A DNA stretch of 64,000 bases, taken from assembly GCA_951406725.2 (NCBI GenBank), contig OX597837.1, positions 13,330,001-13,394,000 on the forward strand. The letters are read 5' to 3'. The position numbers and the translations under genes were made by a program. How positions within the stretch are numbered: position 1 is the first letter of the stretch; each line of letters begins with the position of its first letter. This DNA comes from Octopus vulgaris (Eukaryota). Below are positions 36,597-51,105 of this stretch, one piece after another. The notes beneath the pieces are model-generated. The model ran no database searches. It was not told the DNA's origin and saw nothing but the letters and a program-made list of their open reading frames with translations.

Positions 36597-38795
36597 CACA
36601 CACACAATGCAGTTTATTATAAAAGATATGTGAATGCCAATTGTAATATTTCTTCCTGTCTTTATAATTTGATGCACGTGCACACTCATGCACACACACA
36701 CACATGCACACACACACACACACACACAGATATATAGAGAATGAAAAAGAAAGGAAAGTATGGAAACAAAAGTGTAGAATCTTCTATATTCAACATGAGA
36801 AACAAGCAATTCTGACAATGAAGAAATGTTTCTAAAATATGTAACATTCTTTTTTTCTGCAAGAAATAATTTTCTGATCATCAATTAATGATTGCTCAAT
36901 TCATTCGTTTAGTTTGACATTCAGAAAAATCAAATATATTATAAAAGCCATTTATGTCCAAGATAAGATCTTCTGTGAACATGCTGTTTAAAAAAAATCA
37001 ATATACATTAGCAGGAGAGGAAAAATCGTTCTGACAATGGTTAACAAGAACACCGGATGCATTTTGGCCTTGTCGGTCTTTGTCGATGACGTGAACTTAC
37101 AGCCAGTCACATGCCTAGATGAGATTTGGTACCTCCTGTATAGGAAACAGTGAGTTATGCATTCACTGGTATTGTGAATAGCTGTCCAGTTCAATAAATA
37201 ATGCAATGTTCACAACTAAAGCAGTATTAGATCAAAATAGCCATCTATGTATCATATTTAATGTATATACACCAATAACAGACAGGTTACTGCAGTTTTT
37301 CTTTCCAAGATAATACCTATATGAATGTGTTGTGTGTGCCACCTGAGGCTATAGTAGAAGACACTTGCCCAAGGTACCACGCAGTGGGACTGAACCCAGA
37401 ACCATGTGGTTGGTAAGCAAGCTACTTACCACACAGCCACTCCAGCTTATGTATTGTGTTCGTGTTTCTGTGTGAGTTCATTCGTGCATGCACTTAATAA
37501 CTATAAGATGTGTGTGTGTGTGTGTGTGCATCCGTGTGTGTGCACACATGTGAGTGTGTTTATTTCTATATATCTGTTAGTGTTTGCTATTCACTGTGTG
37601 TATGTACTTTCATGAACGATAAGTGTCTCAGCCTTGTGGCTTTGTGTTCTTGGTTGTGAGTCAATGTTTATGTGTGCGTGTGTGTCATCCTGGTGCACGT
37701 GAGGATCGTTTCCTCTCACCTTCCCTCAATTTCTCTCCTACAACCATCAATCTCCTTTTATGTTTTACTCTCTTTACCTACGTCTAGCCATTGACCTATA
37801 TCTCTCTCTCTCTCTTTCCTCTGTCTCCTTTCTTCTAACTACTACACTCAAGTGGGACAGTAAAGAAAGAAAGATTTATACACATAAATACACAACAAAG
37901 TTTATTCTCAGATATATACTACATGATCAATCATATATATATGTATATATACATATATATCATCATCATCATCATCATCATTGTTTAACGTCTGCTTTCC
38001 ATGCTAGCATGGGTTGGACGATTTGACTGAGGACTGGCGAACCAGACGGCTGCACCAGGCTCCAATCTTGATCTGGCAGAGTTTCTACAGCTTGATGCCC
38101 TTCCTAACGCCAACCACTCCGAGAGTGTAGTGGGTGCTTTTTACGTGCCACCTGCACGAGGGCCAGTCAGACGGCACTGGCAATGGCCACGCTCAAATGG
38201 TGCTTTTTATGTGCCACCTGCACAGGAGCCAGTCTAGTGGCACCGGCAATGACCTCACTCGAATGTTTTTTCACGTGCCACCAGCACAAGTGCCAGTAAG
38301 GCACTCATTGCCTTACTACGATTAGATTATTTCAATCAAATAGAAGCTAATTCTGTGCAGCAGTTTATTAATCCACTTTAGATATTTGCATGGAGTAATG
38401 CCCTTAATCTTGTAGCATTTAAACCCGCCATATCCAACCCAAATATTCTACCTGTTTTATGTTTAAACTGACCAGGTCTGGTCTCTCAATATATTCTCTT
38501 ATTCTTTTACTTCTTACAGTCATCTGACTGTGGCCATGCTGGAGCACAAACTTGATAATATTTACTAATGTATGTATGTATCTATGTAAGTCATTATTCC
38601 GTTTATTTCAAGACTTCTTACCAATAGAGAAAGAACTGGTTTCTAACCTAGATCCAAGGCTCCTTCATTGGAATTTCAACATCAATAACAGGGTATTTTT
38701 GTTTGTATGTATGTATATATGTATGTGCAGATTTGTATGTTTTATGTATGTATTCCCATGCATATAGTCACATATCTAAACATGCTCATATATAT

Positions 38796-39910
38796 TTAAA
38801 TGATAAACTTCTGGATAGTTATACAGATTTTTACAATTCCAGTGATGGACTGGATCTGTTGTCTTCGAATTAGCTTTCTCCTTTCTGGTTTTGAGAAACC
38901 TAATTTCTCAAGATTGGTATTTAGGCTGTGTGTTACACATCCCAGGGCCCCAGTAATTACAGGTATAAACCTGAACTTGTAATCTGGATAGAGTAGCTGC
39001 AGATTTCTCAATAGTTCAAACTGAGTGTTCTATTTTTCACCGATCTTCAGCTGAGCAGCTAATTTCCACAACTGTGCACGATTTTTTTTCTCTATCCCAA
39101 ATCCTTATATCAGGTCTGTTGGGCTTACATTTTACTGAGGTCTTCACTGGGACATTCCACCAGTATTCCTTTTCATTATGAGTGGTTATGGCTTCTACCA
39201 TATTGTATGTTCTCAGTTCTTTGTCCTCAGGATTATCCTTCCGAAGGATCTCATTATAGAGTATCCTATCTACAACGTCATGTCTCATAAGTAGATAATA
39301 CCGTGATGACATTTTCGGACAACTGCTTATGATGTGCGTGCTGTCTTCAGTATGAAGTCCACAAAGTCTGCATCAGTTGTCACATTTTACGGCTTTTCCT
39401 GCATCTCTATCCCTTTTGTGCATCAGGTAACTGATTGATATTTTCTGTTCCTGGATTGCAAACACATACCCTTCAAAGTGGGAGGTAGTAACCCGGCTAT
39501 TCGTCCATGATAAACTGCTTTGATGATCAATGTTACTATCATCACGGAGCCTTCTACTAACATATCCATGAATAGTCTTCTGCTCATATAGGCTCATCCT
39601 TTCATCTGATGATATGTTGCGGTAGAGTCGCGTGACTTATTTGGGCATGTATTCTAGGCTATCAGACAAAGATTGTTGCTCAAGGAGCTGCCTTCCAAGT
39701 CTTATGATGTTATCAGCCTCATGTATGCAAACTTGGTCAAAGGATGCACTTTGACACTTGTTGGTTAAAAGATGTTGCTGAAAGGATATGACGCGACATT
39801 CAAAGGCATTTTGGATCGATGTTAAGCCTCTGTCACCTTGTTTTCGTTTTAGGTCTACATCACCGTTTATGTGGAAATTATGTGTGCTTGTTAGTATTTT
39901 TCAGGTTCTC
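38796..39910 (-). mobile_element. Non-LTR retrotransposon 3' region with CCHC knuckle and restriction-like endonuclease (R4/Dong/NeSL-like)
   Basis: FAIQEQ, CRLCGLHTEDSTHIISSC, RHD, NRPDIRIWDREKKSCTVVEIS and FIPVITGALG; frameshifts and stops. Confidence 0.85.
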
Positions 39911-41999
39911 ACATGTATATATGTATGTATGTATGTATGTGTATGCAATACTATCATCATCATCATCATTTAGCATCTGTTACCATGATGGCATGTGTTG
40001 GACAGTTTGACAAGAGCTGCCTGAAGAGCTGCCTGGGCTTCATACATACATACATACAAACATATATACACATATGTATGTGTGTATACATATATACATA
40101 TATATATATATATACACACACACAAACACAAATATATATGCGTGTGTATGTACAGATCTATTTAGTAAAAATCACTGACATTTATGGAGTCATCAAAGAA
40201 TGTACTCTAATGTTATTATTACCAAATTCTTTGAAAAAATCATGTTATCATTTAAAAAGCAATTCCATATTTCTTATCTTTATTGATTACCTATTAACAG
40301 TGATAATTACAAAAATATAGATTTTAAATATTATTCTTTGTGTTTGAAGGCCAAAAACAGGATTCTTGTGAGAGAAGCGTGTGAATTGGTAGGAATTAAA
40401 CATTTGGGAAGAATTTATTTCAGATAGGTATGGGCTAGAAGTTCGCTTTGCAATTAAATGGATTTTGCTTTGTTTGGTTTGGCGCCTGAAGCAAACATCT
40501 TCTTCTGTAGCCCTGTGCCAGCCGAAGCTTTGTGAGTGTATTTGATGAATGAGGGAAAACTGAAGAAGCTTGTCGTGTGTGTGTGTGTAGGTACATATGT
40601 GTGATTTTTCTTTGAGTTTTATCTAAGTTCTTCTTGAGAGAGTTCAAGCTGGTTGATATGTGTGTCATTATTCAGTTTTATTTCAAGATTTGTATGCATG
40701 CATGTATGTGTGTGTGTGTATGTATGTATGTATGTATATGTATGTGTGTATATGTATGTGTGTGTATATGTATGTGTGTGTATGTATGTGTGTGTATGTA
40801 TGTATGTGTCTATCTTATACAGGGTTTACTAATCTTATACAGGGTTTACTAAAGGTAAGATAAGGTAGCCGTTGGATAAACTGTACGTGCTAATCGAGTC
40901 CAGTATTCCACGGGTCCCATTGATGCCAGATTAGTGAAGGTCGACTGAAGAATACCATTTTGCTGCTATATTTTCCATTACCCTCAGCATTTCTCGAAAT
41001 ATAATAAGTTCACAATAAGTGCGAATTATAAAATCCCTTGTTTTTGTTTTCTTCTTAACTCCCACCTTGATTACCTTTCCAATACGTAGCATCACCTGCA
41101 GTTGTTTAGAACCATACAACGTGAAGCTGATTCTTCTAGAGACCAAAATACTTTTCAATCAATGATGTGAATTAACTTCAATTATTTATAAACACCGAAT
41201 ATTTGCTGATAGTTTAAAGTGGTTTCGATAGAGACTACATGTTTTAAATAGTTGTCATTATTTAATTCTGATCGAGCAATCTAATCATCAAAGACATTCC
41301 AACTGAGACCATCCACTACTATTCTAATGTATGAAGATTGCATAATCCAATATGTTCTTCCAATTTCCTTAAAGTCGGTAGAAATTTGATGTTGTTGTTG
41401 TTGGTGATGGGAACGGAGATTTGGTTACTAGCGGGTCGAGCGACCAGGTAAGATGTTTTTCCGGCTGTGACCATCATCAATTATTTCTAAGTGTATCGAC
41501 CATATTATCCAATATGTTCTTATATTTATTTTTATCTGACGGTAGAGTGTAATATGTTGTTGTTGGTGATGGTGGTGGGAACGGGGATTTGACTGCTCTT
41601 TCTAGTAGCTCGGACGACAACATAAAAGGCTAGCTAATTATTTAAATTATGTTTATTATTTTTTTATTCTTTGCCACTTTTCAGAAGTATCTAAGAACAG
41701 AAAAAAAAACTGTAAGTGGTATCTGCAAATATAGTGAAAAAAAAAAGAAAACATCTATAAGTGAGTGCTTATAACGAATCAACCCCTTTAAGTGAAACAT
41801 CCACCTGTTTCCCGTGATAATTGAATCAATGTCTGTCCGAGGAAGACAACAACATCAAAGGAGTTATCTGCCCTTACTGTCAGCCTCGCTTGGAAATAAT
41901 CACTGACAACGTTACACTGCTACTACACCCACCACTGCCACTCCAACGCTAACCCTTACTCTCACCGTCTCCCCCTCCAGAAGCAGCAGCAGCAGCAGC

Positions 42000-42700
42000 T
42001 GCCCTACCTTTCCGCCTCCTTCACACTTGACACCGTCTCCGTTCAACCTGTGGCCGTTCTATCTTCCCTGTTGCTTCTACAAACCCCCTAAAACCCTTCA
42101 CCATACTGTCGACCAGGACAGCAAATGACCCAGCTGGTATTATCGGGGTCCGGTTTAACTAAATACCGTCGTTTGGTCCGGTAATGTTGTCGTTCGACGT
42201 CGCCTCGACGCTTCTTTCGCGTCTCGGTTCTGCTCCCTCATCCGCAGACTCCGACATCGCATCCCCTTCATCAGGCAGGTACTTCACACATTAGGCTCTT
42301 ATTATCCCATTGCCTCTCTACACCCAACTTCCAGGTTGTCACCTAATCCCATTTACTCTAAGGTCACCGTGTCCACCGCAGTCTTTCCCCAGGTACCTGG
42401 ACGTTTCCCAGAACCAACTCTCCTCACTCAAACCGTCTCCAGAAGGTGCCAAGCCATTTGCTGCTGACATTACATCTCCACCAAATAATTCTCTCGCAGG
42501 TTCTTGGCCATAAAGTCAACATCGCAATCCCAGACCAGATGGTTCCTCCTTTCCGACAGGTATCTGGTCAATATGTGACACTTCGCCCTCCACCGACCCA
42601 GTAGGTGTTCTTTTTAACCACCTCGGAGTAAGTGGCATTCATCTCCTGTCTGTCCCCAAGAAGTGTAATTCATATATGTATACCCTCACCACTAGAACCC
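42000..42700 (-). mobile_element. Decayed gag/ORF1-like retroelement remnant
   Basis: GC-richer block with broken V.EG...C-GKRNHLVWDC (CCHC knuckle-like); a similar RLVVVEG motif lies at about 30030-30053 (+). Confidence 0.35.
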
Positions 42701-42814
42701 ACCTCCGTTCAGGTACTACGTTAGTACCGACTATGGATAAAATTACAGTCACGGAATCTTTCTGAATATACCAATAACCCCTTGAAACAGAAGACACCAA
42801 TAATATTTCCAACC

Positions 42815-42868
42815 ATGGCAGGATATTACGGTTTGGAAAACAAGGAAGTTATCCGGATCAAAGTAAAG
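42815..42868 (+). CDS. TBC1D25: Probable first coding exon of TBC1 domain family member 25 (Rab-GAP)
   Basis: Strong Kozak CCAACCATGG; MAGYYGLENKEVIRIKVK then phase-0 donor AAG|GTAGGT. It resembles the conserved TBC1D25 N-terminus (REVVRVRVK|KCE). No downstream exons were recognised in the window. Confidence 0.6.
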
Positions 42869-45169
42869 GTAGGTCAAGTATATGGAACTATATTATTATT
42901 TTTTTTTCTTCCTTGAAATGTCGAATTGTCTTGCATCATTCTGGCGTTGATAAAATAACAAAGTACTAATCAAATACTGATCGATTTAACTGACTATATT
43001 ATTATTATTGTTGTTGTTGTGTTGGGTTGGCAGAATCTTTGAAATGCGAACAAAATGCTTTGAGGTATTTGGTTAAGTTATGAGTTCAAATCCTGCCGAG
43101 TTCAACTTCGCCTGTCATCCTTCCAGGAATCAATAAAGGAAGAACCTCTCAATTACTGAGGACGGATGGGGGTTCAGTGTAATGGATTGTGTTTCCACCC
43201 CTTCCGACTCTCAGGCCTCGTACCTATGTTAGAAATTATTGTTATTTATTTTGAAGTGCGGGGGATAGCAGAATCGGGAAAGCAACATCAAGCAAGAATG
43301 ATTCTTCGATATACGTAGCCACGTTTCTATATTTAAATCCTGAAAGACAAAATTAACGCCGGCAAAATTTGGACTTGGAATATGACAAAGTGTCACAAAG
43401 TATCTTTGCTCGTTGCTCTACCAATTAATCACACTATTCTCTGTACTTTGCCGTATAATTCAGGTTCTGAGTTCAAAATCTGCCGGTGAATAATTTTCTC
43501 TTTGAAACCTTCTCCCAGCGACAAAATAAGTACTGTAGTCGACTATACCCGCCCCCACAGATTCTGTGGTCTTCTGTCTGTGTCATAAATCAATATTGTG
43601 TTGACTGAGACGTTGGGTTTCTTATAGTTTAGACTCTGGGTTCAAACCCAGCAGACCGTTGACATTTTACCTCTTTCTTTCCCTTTATTTTATTAGTTTG
43701 TCAAGGGCTCACCATATTCCTGGACCGATCCAATCTTCGCAAACCGTCTCTCAAAAATACTGATCTCGTTGCTCAACAGTTAAAGACATCGTCTTTATTA
43801 TTTTAGTGTCGTTTGTCAAATTCATATTTGCTTTTAGTCAATTTCTGTTTTCGGTTTACAAAAACACACATGCCCCCCCCCCCCAGCCCTGGAGGTGTTG
43901 ATTAGCTCTATGTTAGCCCTGACTGAGCAGACCTATGATGAAAGGAATTCCAGCCGTGACCACCCTGGTTATTTTTTTTCTCCCTGATGTAGCGTATCCT
44001 TACTTTATAGAGCGCAGTAGAGTCTGTAATTTGACGGAAATTATCTGTTATTTCTAGCTGGTTATATGTCTCTGAAAGGAAAAAAAAAACTCAGCTCGTT
44101 TGTCAATTAAGGAATTAATTACAGAACGTTTCGCTCAAACAAACGGACATAATGACTAGAAACTGCTTGATAACAGGCTTCGTCGGTGCCATAGAACACC
44201 TTCATGTCAAGTCGACATCATTTTTTTTAATCATCACATTAAACTCGCTTCCCAGTACAAGAGTCTGTCGGAACTGAAAGATATTGGTTGTCTGTTGTTT
44301 CTTCCACGGCTTCAATTCCGATTCTTCCGACGTTTTCATTTATGTGTGTTGTTGTTTTACTTCATTTTTGCCATTAAATAATTCGGATTATCCAAACATG
44401 AGTCCGCCGCCTTAAACTATTTTAACCCACTACATTCTGATTTCAAATCCTTTCCGGTTAACTTGCCTTTCCTTTCCACGAAATCGATAAAAGTTCCAAC
44501 CAGTGATACACGGAATAGATTCAGTCGGCTTCGTGTTCTTCCTCGACAACATTTTTATAGATTTAAAAGAAAATATTCTTTTAAAAAAATACTCAAAGTT
44601 CTTCATAGATGCCCATTTTAATTAAGTACAAGAACAATTTTCTTAGAAAGAGGAGGATATGCAGCCAATTGAATGACATTCCTAGAATTTGTTTCATTTA
44701 TTTTAGAGGAATACAGACGCCATGATAATCCTGGTGGCATTTGAACTAACATTATCGTTTACCGTTTTGGTCATTTATGAACTTCACTGTTGGTTATTTG
44801 TATGGAGAGAAGCTGGGATTAAAGATTACTAGAATCTTAGTCCACTGATGAATTAATTTTTTCATTCATATCAATGTTTTTCAGCCCAACCACTTCTCTT
44901 TCAAATTATTGCTGTATTTCATATGGTCCTCATACACCATTCGATTCTATAAGTTCTGCTTTTGTACTTGCACACAATATATACATGGGTGGTTTGGTAT
45001 TCTGTGGGTATTTGTGTGTCTATACACACATCCATACACACACACACTACACAACACATTCTACTCATTGTCTAAGCAATTTTATATTATTTTGAAACCA
45101 CTTGCACCCAAGTGTAAAGTTTCATTCAAGATGACATTGATCTCCTATCTCAGCTGTCCAAAACAAATG

Positions 45170-46560
45170 GTGTTATAAACCACTACACAAATATTCCTCT
45201 CAATTTAGGAATAACAACAGTTAAATATTCGGGTAAAAAAAAAACCTAAAAAGTGAGGTGATTTCCTGTAGATTTGGCCATGGTCTTCATACAGCTGTTT
45301 TCAGTCTTGAGAATAATACATTCTTTTTCAATGAAGGGGTGAGGGACTATCTAGAAATTATAGCTACAGCCATGGGGACTAAGTTCACTCTAACATATGC
45401 AAACTTTTGGAACAAAATCTGTAGCAAAAAGTAGAAGAAAAATACCATATTGATTTTAGAAGATATATAAAAGGACTCCTGGAAAGGTTGCTTGATGAGT
45501 GTTTTTATAATATGAACTAAATCTGTATTTAGTTTAAAAGAATTTTATGTTCTTCTGAATAATTTACATCAAACCCTGAAATTTACAAAGGTGATAAGTA
45601 CTACAAAATTACTGTTTCTGGACACTATGTTGATTAAAAATAACATCAACGTCACAATGGATATATATTACAAAGATATAGACATACACCAGTACCTGAA
45701 CTTATGCCATATGGCACATACAAAATATATCTATTTTTACTGTCTAGTAAGAAAAATCCATACTGTGTGATTGATGATCTAAATACAAGAAAAGAATGAC
45801 TTGAATTCAAAAGATTTCTACTTAAACAAAAATTAGCATCCCTCAGTTTTTCAAAAGGAATACATCTAGAACAAGTTTGGGCAACCCAAGTTGGAGGAAC
45901 ACAAGATCTGGATAACAGCTTTTGTAATGACACATAAGCTATGTAATTAAAATATCTTTTTACATTACTAACATAAACGTGCTAGTTATCAAAGTAATTA
46001 CTTAAAGGATTTAATTACCAATGGAATACTTCTTCAAAGCAAATTACAACCGGAAAACTTGAAACAATTGTTGACAAAGCAAAGTTTGATCTATATAACT
46101 CCAATAAAAATTTCACAGTATCTACGTAGCTAGACTGGAAATTCCTCTCAGGGCATGCAAGTTCACCAGCAGCAAGTTAGGGACCATTGTATCAGGCAGA
46201 CAAGTCCTATTAAATGGTCATTGTGGTACGTGTCAGTTTATACATGCTGGTCATTACATCAACTAAAAAATCTGAATACAAATATTGACAAATGCAACTG
46301 TAAAGTGTAAAAGCTGAAATCTGACTTAGTGTATCAAATGCCCAAATTGTAAAGAAATACATATTGACTAGACTGGGAGTTTAGCTCTGTGCATGTGAGT
46401 TCACCAGCAGCAAATTATGGACCTTTATGTCAGACAAAATTTGGAAACCTGCTGCAATAAAAATTTTTAATAATCCCTCTTTTGGAACTGTGAATGAAAT
46501 TGAATTAAAAGAAGGGTAAAAGAAAAGTATTTTACTGCAGTTCAAACCAGTTCTGAATGA
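45170..46560 (+). mobile_element. Decayed Penelope-like element (RT to GIY-YIG region)
   Basis: TAMGTKFTLTYAN, LNNLHQTLKFT and LLFLD motifs; many stops; a duplicated GTTCACCAGCAGCAA segment near the 3' end. Confidence 0.75.
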
Positions 46561-46919
46561 ATTTGAATTTAATTTGATCTCAAAATAACATTCACTAGAA
46601 ATTTGTTGTAGTCCAGAAAGTATTTTATAGACTATCTTCCTTTAGCTATATATTCCTCCAGGTAATATCATATACAGTTACGATTGCCATGCCACTACCT
46701 GAAAATTAATGGTACTTGTGAAAAAAATAAGATGGAAAAATCTAGCTATGGTAGAACATGTTTCACTAATGTAATTGTCTCCACACAATTTTATAAAATA
46801 CACACTGTGTGTATGCTTGTATATGAGCATGTAAATGTATGTGTATGCATATATGTACCTATATGTTTGTATAGTATGTGTATGTATAGTGTATATATAT
46901 ATATTTATTCATATGTGTG

Positions 46920-46970
<51 letters not shown>

Positions 46971-49900
46971 AATAAAACATATCAGAAATGAAGCACACAC
47001 TAAAATATAGAGCAATAATTATTACAACAAAAATTTTAACCATGAGCATAAAACCTATGGCTTTGTGGATATGAAAGTTTTGGTAATTTTGTCCAAAATT
47101 TAAATTTGCGTTATATATATATATATATATATATATATGAATGTTTATGTGTATATTTATGCATATATAAATGTACATGTGTCTTAGTAAACTATCTCCT
47201 TTCAATTTCTTTCCCAGCTATATTTAGCTGATACCTAACTTCTAGTTACACAATACAATTTCCTGGCTTGTCTTTTAGCATTTATGGCTGTTGCTACTCT
47301 ACCATTCCACCATCATATCATCTTGCATCTGGAGCCTTGCTGCAACCACAGAGTCTGTAACTTGCAGCAAGTTACTTCATCAAAACTCCTAGATATTCTC
47401 TGTATTTTAGGTTTCAGCTCATGTATCGCCCCTATTTCTCTGAATCTATATCTAACCAGTAACATCTTTCCTCTTCCATATTTTCCTTCGATTGTGGCCG
47501 TTGCCAGCCTCGCCTGGCACCTGTGCCAGTGGCACGTAAAAAGCACCCACTACACTCATGGAGTGGTTGGCGTTAGGAAGGGCATCAAGCTGTAGAAACA
47601 CTGCCAGATCAGACTGGAGCCTGTTGCAGCCTCCTGGCTTCCCAGACCCCGGTCAAACCGTCCGACCTGTGCTAGCATGGAAAGCGGACGCTAAACGATG
47701 ATGATGATGTCTCTGGATCTATCTAGCCCTAACTCTCACATCACTAATCTATGTTCAGTGGCACATTCATTGCCAAAGAAAGCATTGGTATTCACTGTCG
47801 TCCGTGTCTTTCATTTCCTGGTGACTGAAGTCTGTGTAAACTTGCATGTTTGCTTGGATTAGTAAATGACCAGGTGTCTGTTAAGTTTTCTGCTGTAAAT
47901 GGTTACCATATTTCCCAGTATACTAGTTGACCAAGTATATAGTGTAAACATACAAACTTGGTCATTATCTTTCCAAATTCTGCTGCATTTCACATTGAAT
48001 TTTTGGTCGTCCAAAATCGTCTTTGTGTATAAGTCAACCTACCTTTCTTTGGCAATAAATTTTGGTCTGCAAAATTCAGCTTGTGTGCTGGAAAATATGG
48101 TAGATCCCTCTTCATTGTTTGTACGGCATCCATAACCTTCATGAATACTGGAGTAGCCATGGGGCAACCCAGCATGTCCTTTACAGTCCCTAACAGTGGT
48201 AAAGAGGTTCCCTATTTCTTACTGAGATAGCCTATAGGTAGAGACAAAAGTATAGAGTAGCCCATCAGATTAATGTAAAATTGTTTTTATTATAACTGAC
48301 ATAAAAACAAACATGAATATATATATATATACACATACACACACACACACATACACATACATACAATAATATATATATATAATCATCGTCGTCATCGTTT
48401 AATGTCTGTTTTCCATGCTGGCATGGGCTGGACGGTTCAATTTGGGGTCTGAGAAGCCAGGAGGCTGCACCAGGCTCCAATCTGATCTGGTAGTGTTTTC
48501 TACAGCTGGATGCCCTTCCTAACGCCAACCACTCCGAGAGTGTAGTGGGTGCTTTTTATGTGCCACCGGCACAGGGGCCAGACGGGGCTGGCATTGACCA
48601 TGTTTGGATGGTGCTTTTATGTGCCACTGGCATGGGAGCCAATCATGGCAGTGTGGCACTGGCATCGACTATGTTTGGGCAGTGGGATCAATTCATTCAA
48701 CTAAAAATTCAAGGCAGTGCCCCAGCATGGCCACAGACCAATGACTGAAACAATTAAAAGATAAAGTATATATATATATGAGACATGCTGCTGGCATGTG
48801 AAAAGCATCATTTGAGCATGGTCGATACCAGTGCCCCATGCTGGTGGCACATAAAAAGCACCTTTCAAGTGTGGTCAGTGCCAGTGCCGCCTGTCTGGCC
48901 CCCATGCCAGTGGCCTGTAAAAAGCATCCACTACACTCTCGGAGTGGTTGGCATTAGGAAGGGCATCCAGCTGTAGAAACCTTGCCAGATCAGATTGGAG
49001 CCTGGTGCAGCCTCTTGGCTTGCTAGTCCTCAGTCAAACTGTCCAACCCATGCCAGCATGGAAAGCAGACGTTAACGATGATGAGGAAGAGGAGGAGACA
49101 GACCTCCATGCAGTTCCTATCAAATTCATTCACAAGGCATTGGGTCAGCCCAAAGCTATAGAAGAGGACTCTTGCCCAGGGTTCCATGCAATGCAACTGA
49201 TCAGGAAACCAGGTGGCTGCAAAGCATGGATTTTAACCCCATGCCATGGCTTGTGCCTGATGAACAAGATAATATATTCTAGAAACTGAGAGAATAATAT
49301 GTTCCCACATTATACTAAATACACGCAGGAAATGTATATATATATATATAACCTCATGGCATTGGTGAAAGGCAGTGATTACAGGTGTCCCTGGTAGATA
49401 AGGTATATCAGAAAGGTGATTTAACAATAAAACAAAAGCTATATCTTGATAGCTTATCAATCTCAATTTATTTCATTGCCACTTAATTGGTGATGTTTAC
49501 TGAATAAATAAGCCACAATAACGAATATCGTGAATATCGAATATAAGTCTGAGTTAGACTCATAGCATGATCTGTATTTTAAAGAGTGATGTCAGCAGAT
49601 CAGTGATGTTTCATGGAGTCTTGGGACATGCTTTCTGAATGTTGATCAGTTGTGCTTACAGACTCTCTCAAATGGGAAGCTTTTGAACCACCCTCATCAT
49701 TGAACTTCCATGTACCATGCTGGCATGGGTTGGATGGTTTGACAGGATCCAATGGGTCTAAGGACTGCATCATGCTCCAGGGTTTGCTTTGGTGTGGTTT
49801 CTCCAGCTGGATTCCCTTCCTAATGCCAACCACTTTACAGAGTGTCGGAGTGATTTTTTTTTTTCATCATTCCACCAGCCGTAATGAGGTTGTCATGCAG

Positions 49901-50816
49901 CTATGAATTCCAAGGATGAGGAAGCTTTATGCTCGATGATGGACTAAAGTATGAGAGAATTGAGCAGAGCAGGTTAGAGGAACTACATAGCTATTCATGT
50001 TTATAAAAAGACAGGATGAAAATGATCAGTTGGAGCTGGAGAGAGGTAAACAGTGGTGATAAGGGAGTCCGGGTGGCCCCTCAAGGTACAGGTTGAGAAG
50101 TGAGCGGGGACAGAGGAATTAGGAGTGGGGGTTTGCAAGAGTATATGAGGGAGTGACGGGTAAGGAGACTAGGTGAGGGAGGTAGACAGCAGCTGTAAAG
50201 ATTGGGGTAGGGTTGAAGGGTGGATGTAGTGAATGGTAGTTACTCCGGAGGAAATGACTTCCGTGATGGTTAAGTGTTCAGACCTGCAAGAATTGGACCT
50301 ATGTTGCCGTTTTTCCCCCCAATGTGCCAGGGACCAGTAATATTTCTTAGTAATTTATACCAGAAGCAATATATATATATATATATATAATGAATATAAG
50401 AAAAGTTGACAATTTTTTTAAATCTTATATTTATTTTGTAAACAAATAATACAATATTACATAAGCATCTTATAAGCATTTTATAATGTTTCTTTCTTTT
50501 CTGGAAACTCCTCATGTACCAACAGCTTATGGCTCGCAGACCGGCACCAGTCTGCAGACCACCACTTTGAGTAACACTGGGCTGCAACAGTTATCTTATA
50601 TACTAAGCAAAACCTCTTCTCATTGTTGTCTATGCAAACCCCATTACATGGGTTTCAGTGAATCCAAGTCTGTTGGTGACCCCTTGACCCAGTATAAATT
50701 TCTATTGCATAATATAATTTGTACCTCCACACACACATACACAGATGATGTATTGGAGCAGCTTTTTTCCATTGAATGGAACACAGTAAATATTTCCTGC
50801 AGATCAATGATGGAAT

Positions 50817-51105
50817 GTGGAGGCACATGGCCTAGTGGTTAGAGCAGCGGTCGAGGGATTGCGGGTTCGAATCTCAGACTGGGCGGTGTGTGTGTTTATG
50901 AGCGAAACACTTAAGCTCCACGTGGCTCCGGCAGAAGGTAATGGCGAACTTCTGCTGACTCTTTCGCCACACTCTCTCTCTCACTCTTTCTTCCTGCATC
51001 TTGCAGCTCACCTGCGACGAACCGGCGTCCCGTCCAAGTAGGGAACCTATACGCCAGGGAAACCGGCCCTTATGAGCCAGGCATGGCTCGAGAAGGAACA
51101 AACAA
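50817..51105 (+). mobile_element. tRNA-derived SINE sharing its head with the 6314-6706 family but with a different 3' half
   Basis: GTGGAGGCACATGGCCTAGTGG head; CACCTGCGA..GACCGGCGTCCCGTCCA domain; (AAAC)n tail. A second copy lies at 52357-52662. Confidence 0.8.

Noticed and set aside
38625-38678. Fourth hammerhead-like motif on the minus strand (CCAATGA...GAAA)
   Set aside because: Two core mismatches and poor stem I pairing; not supportable without a family consensus.
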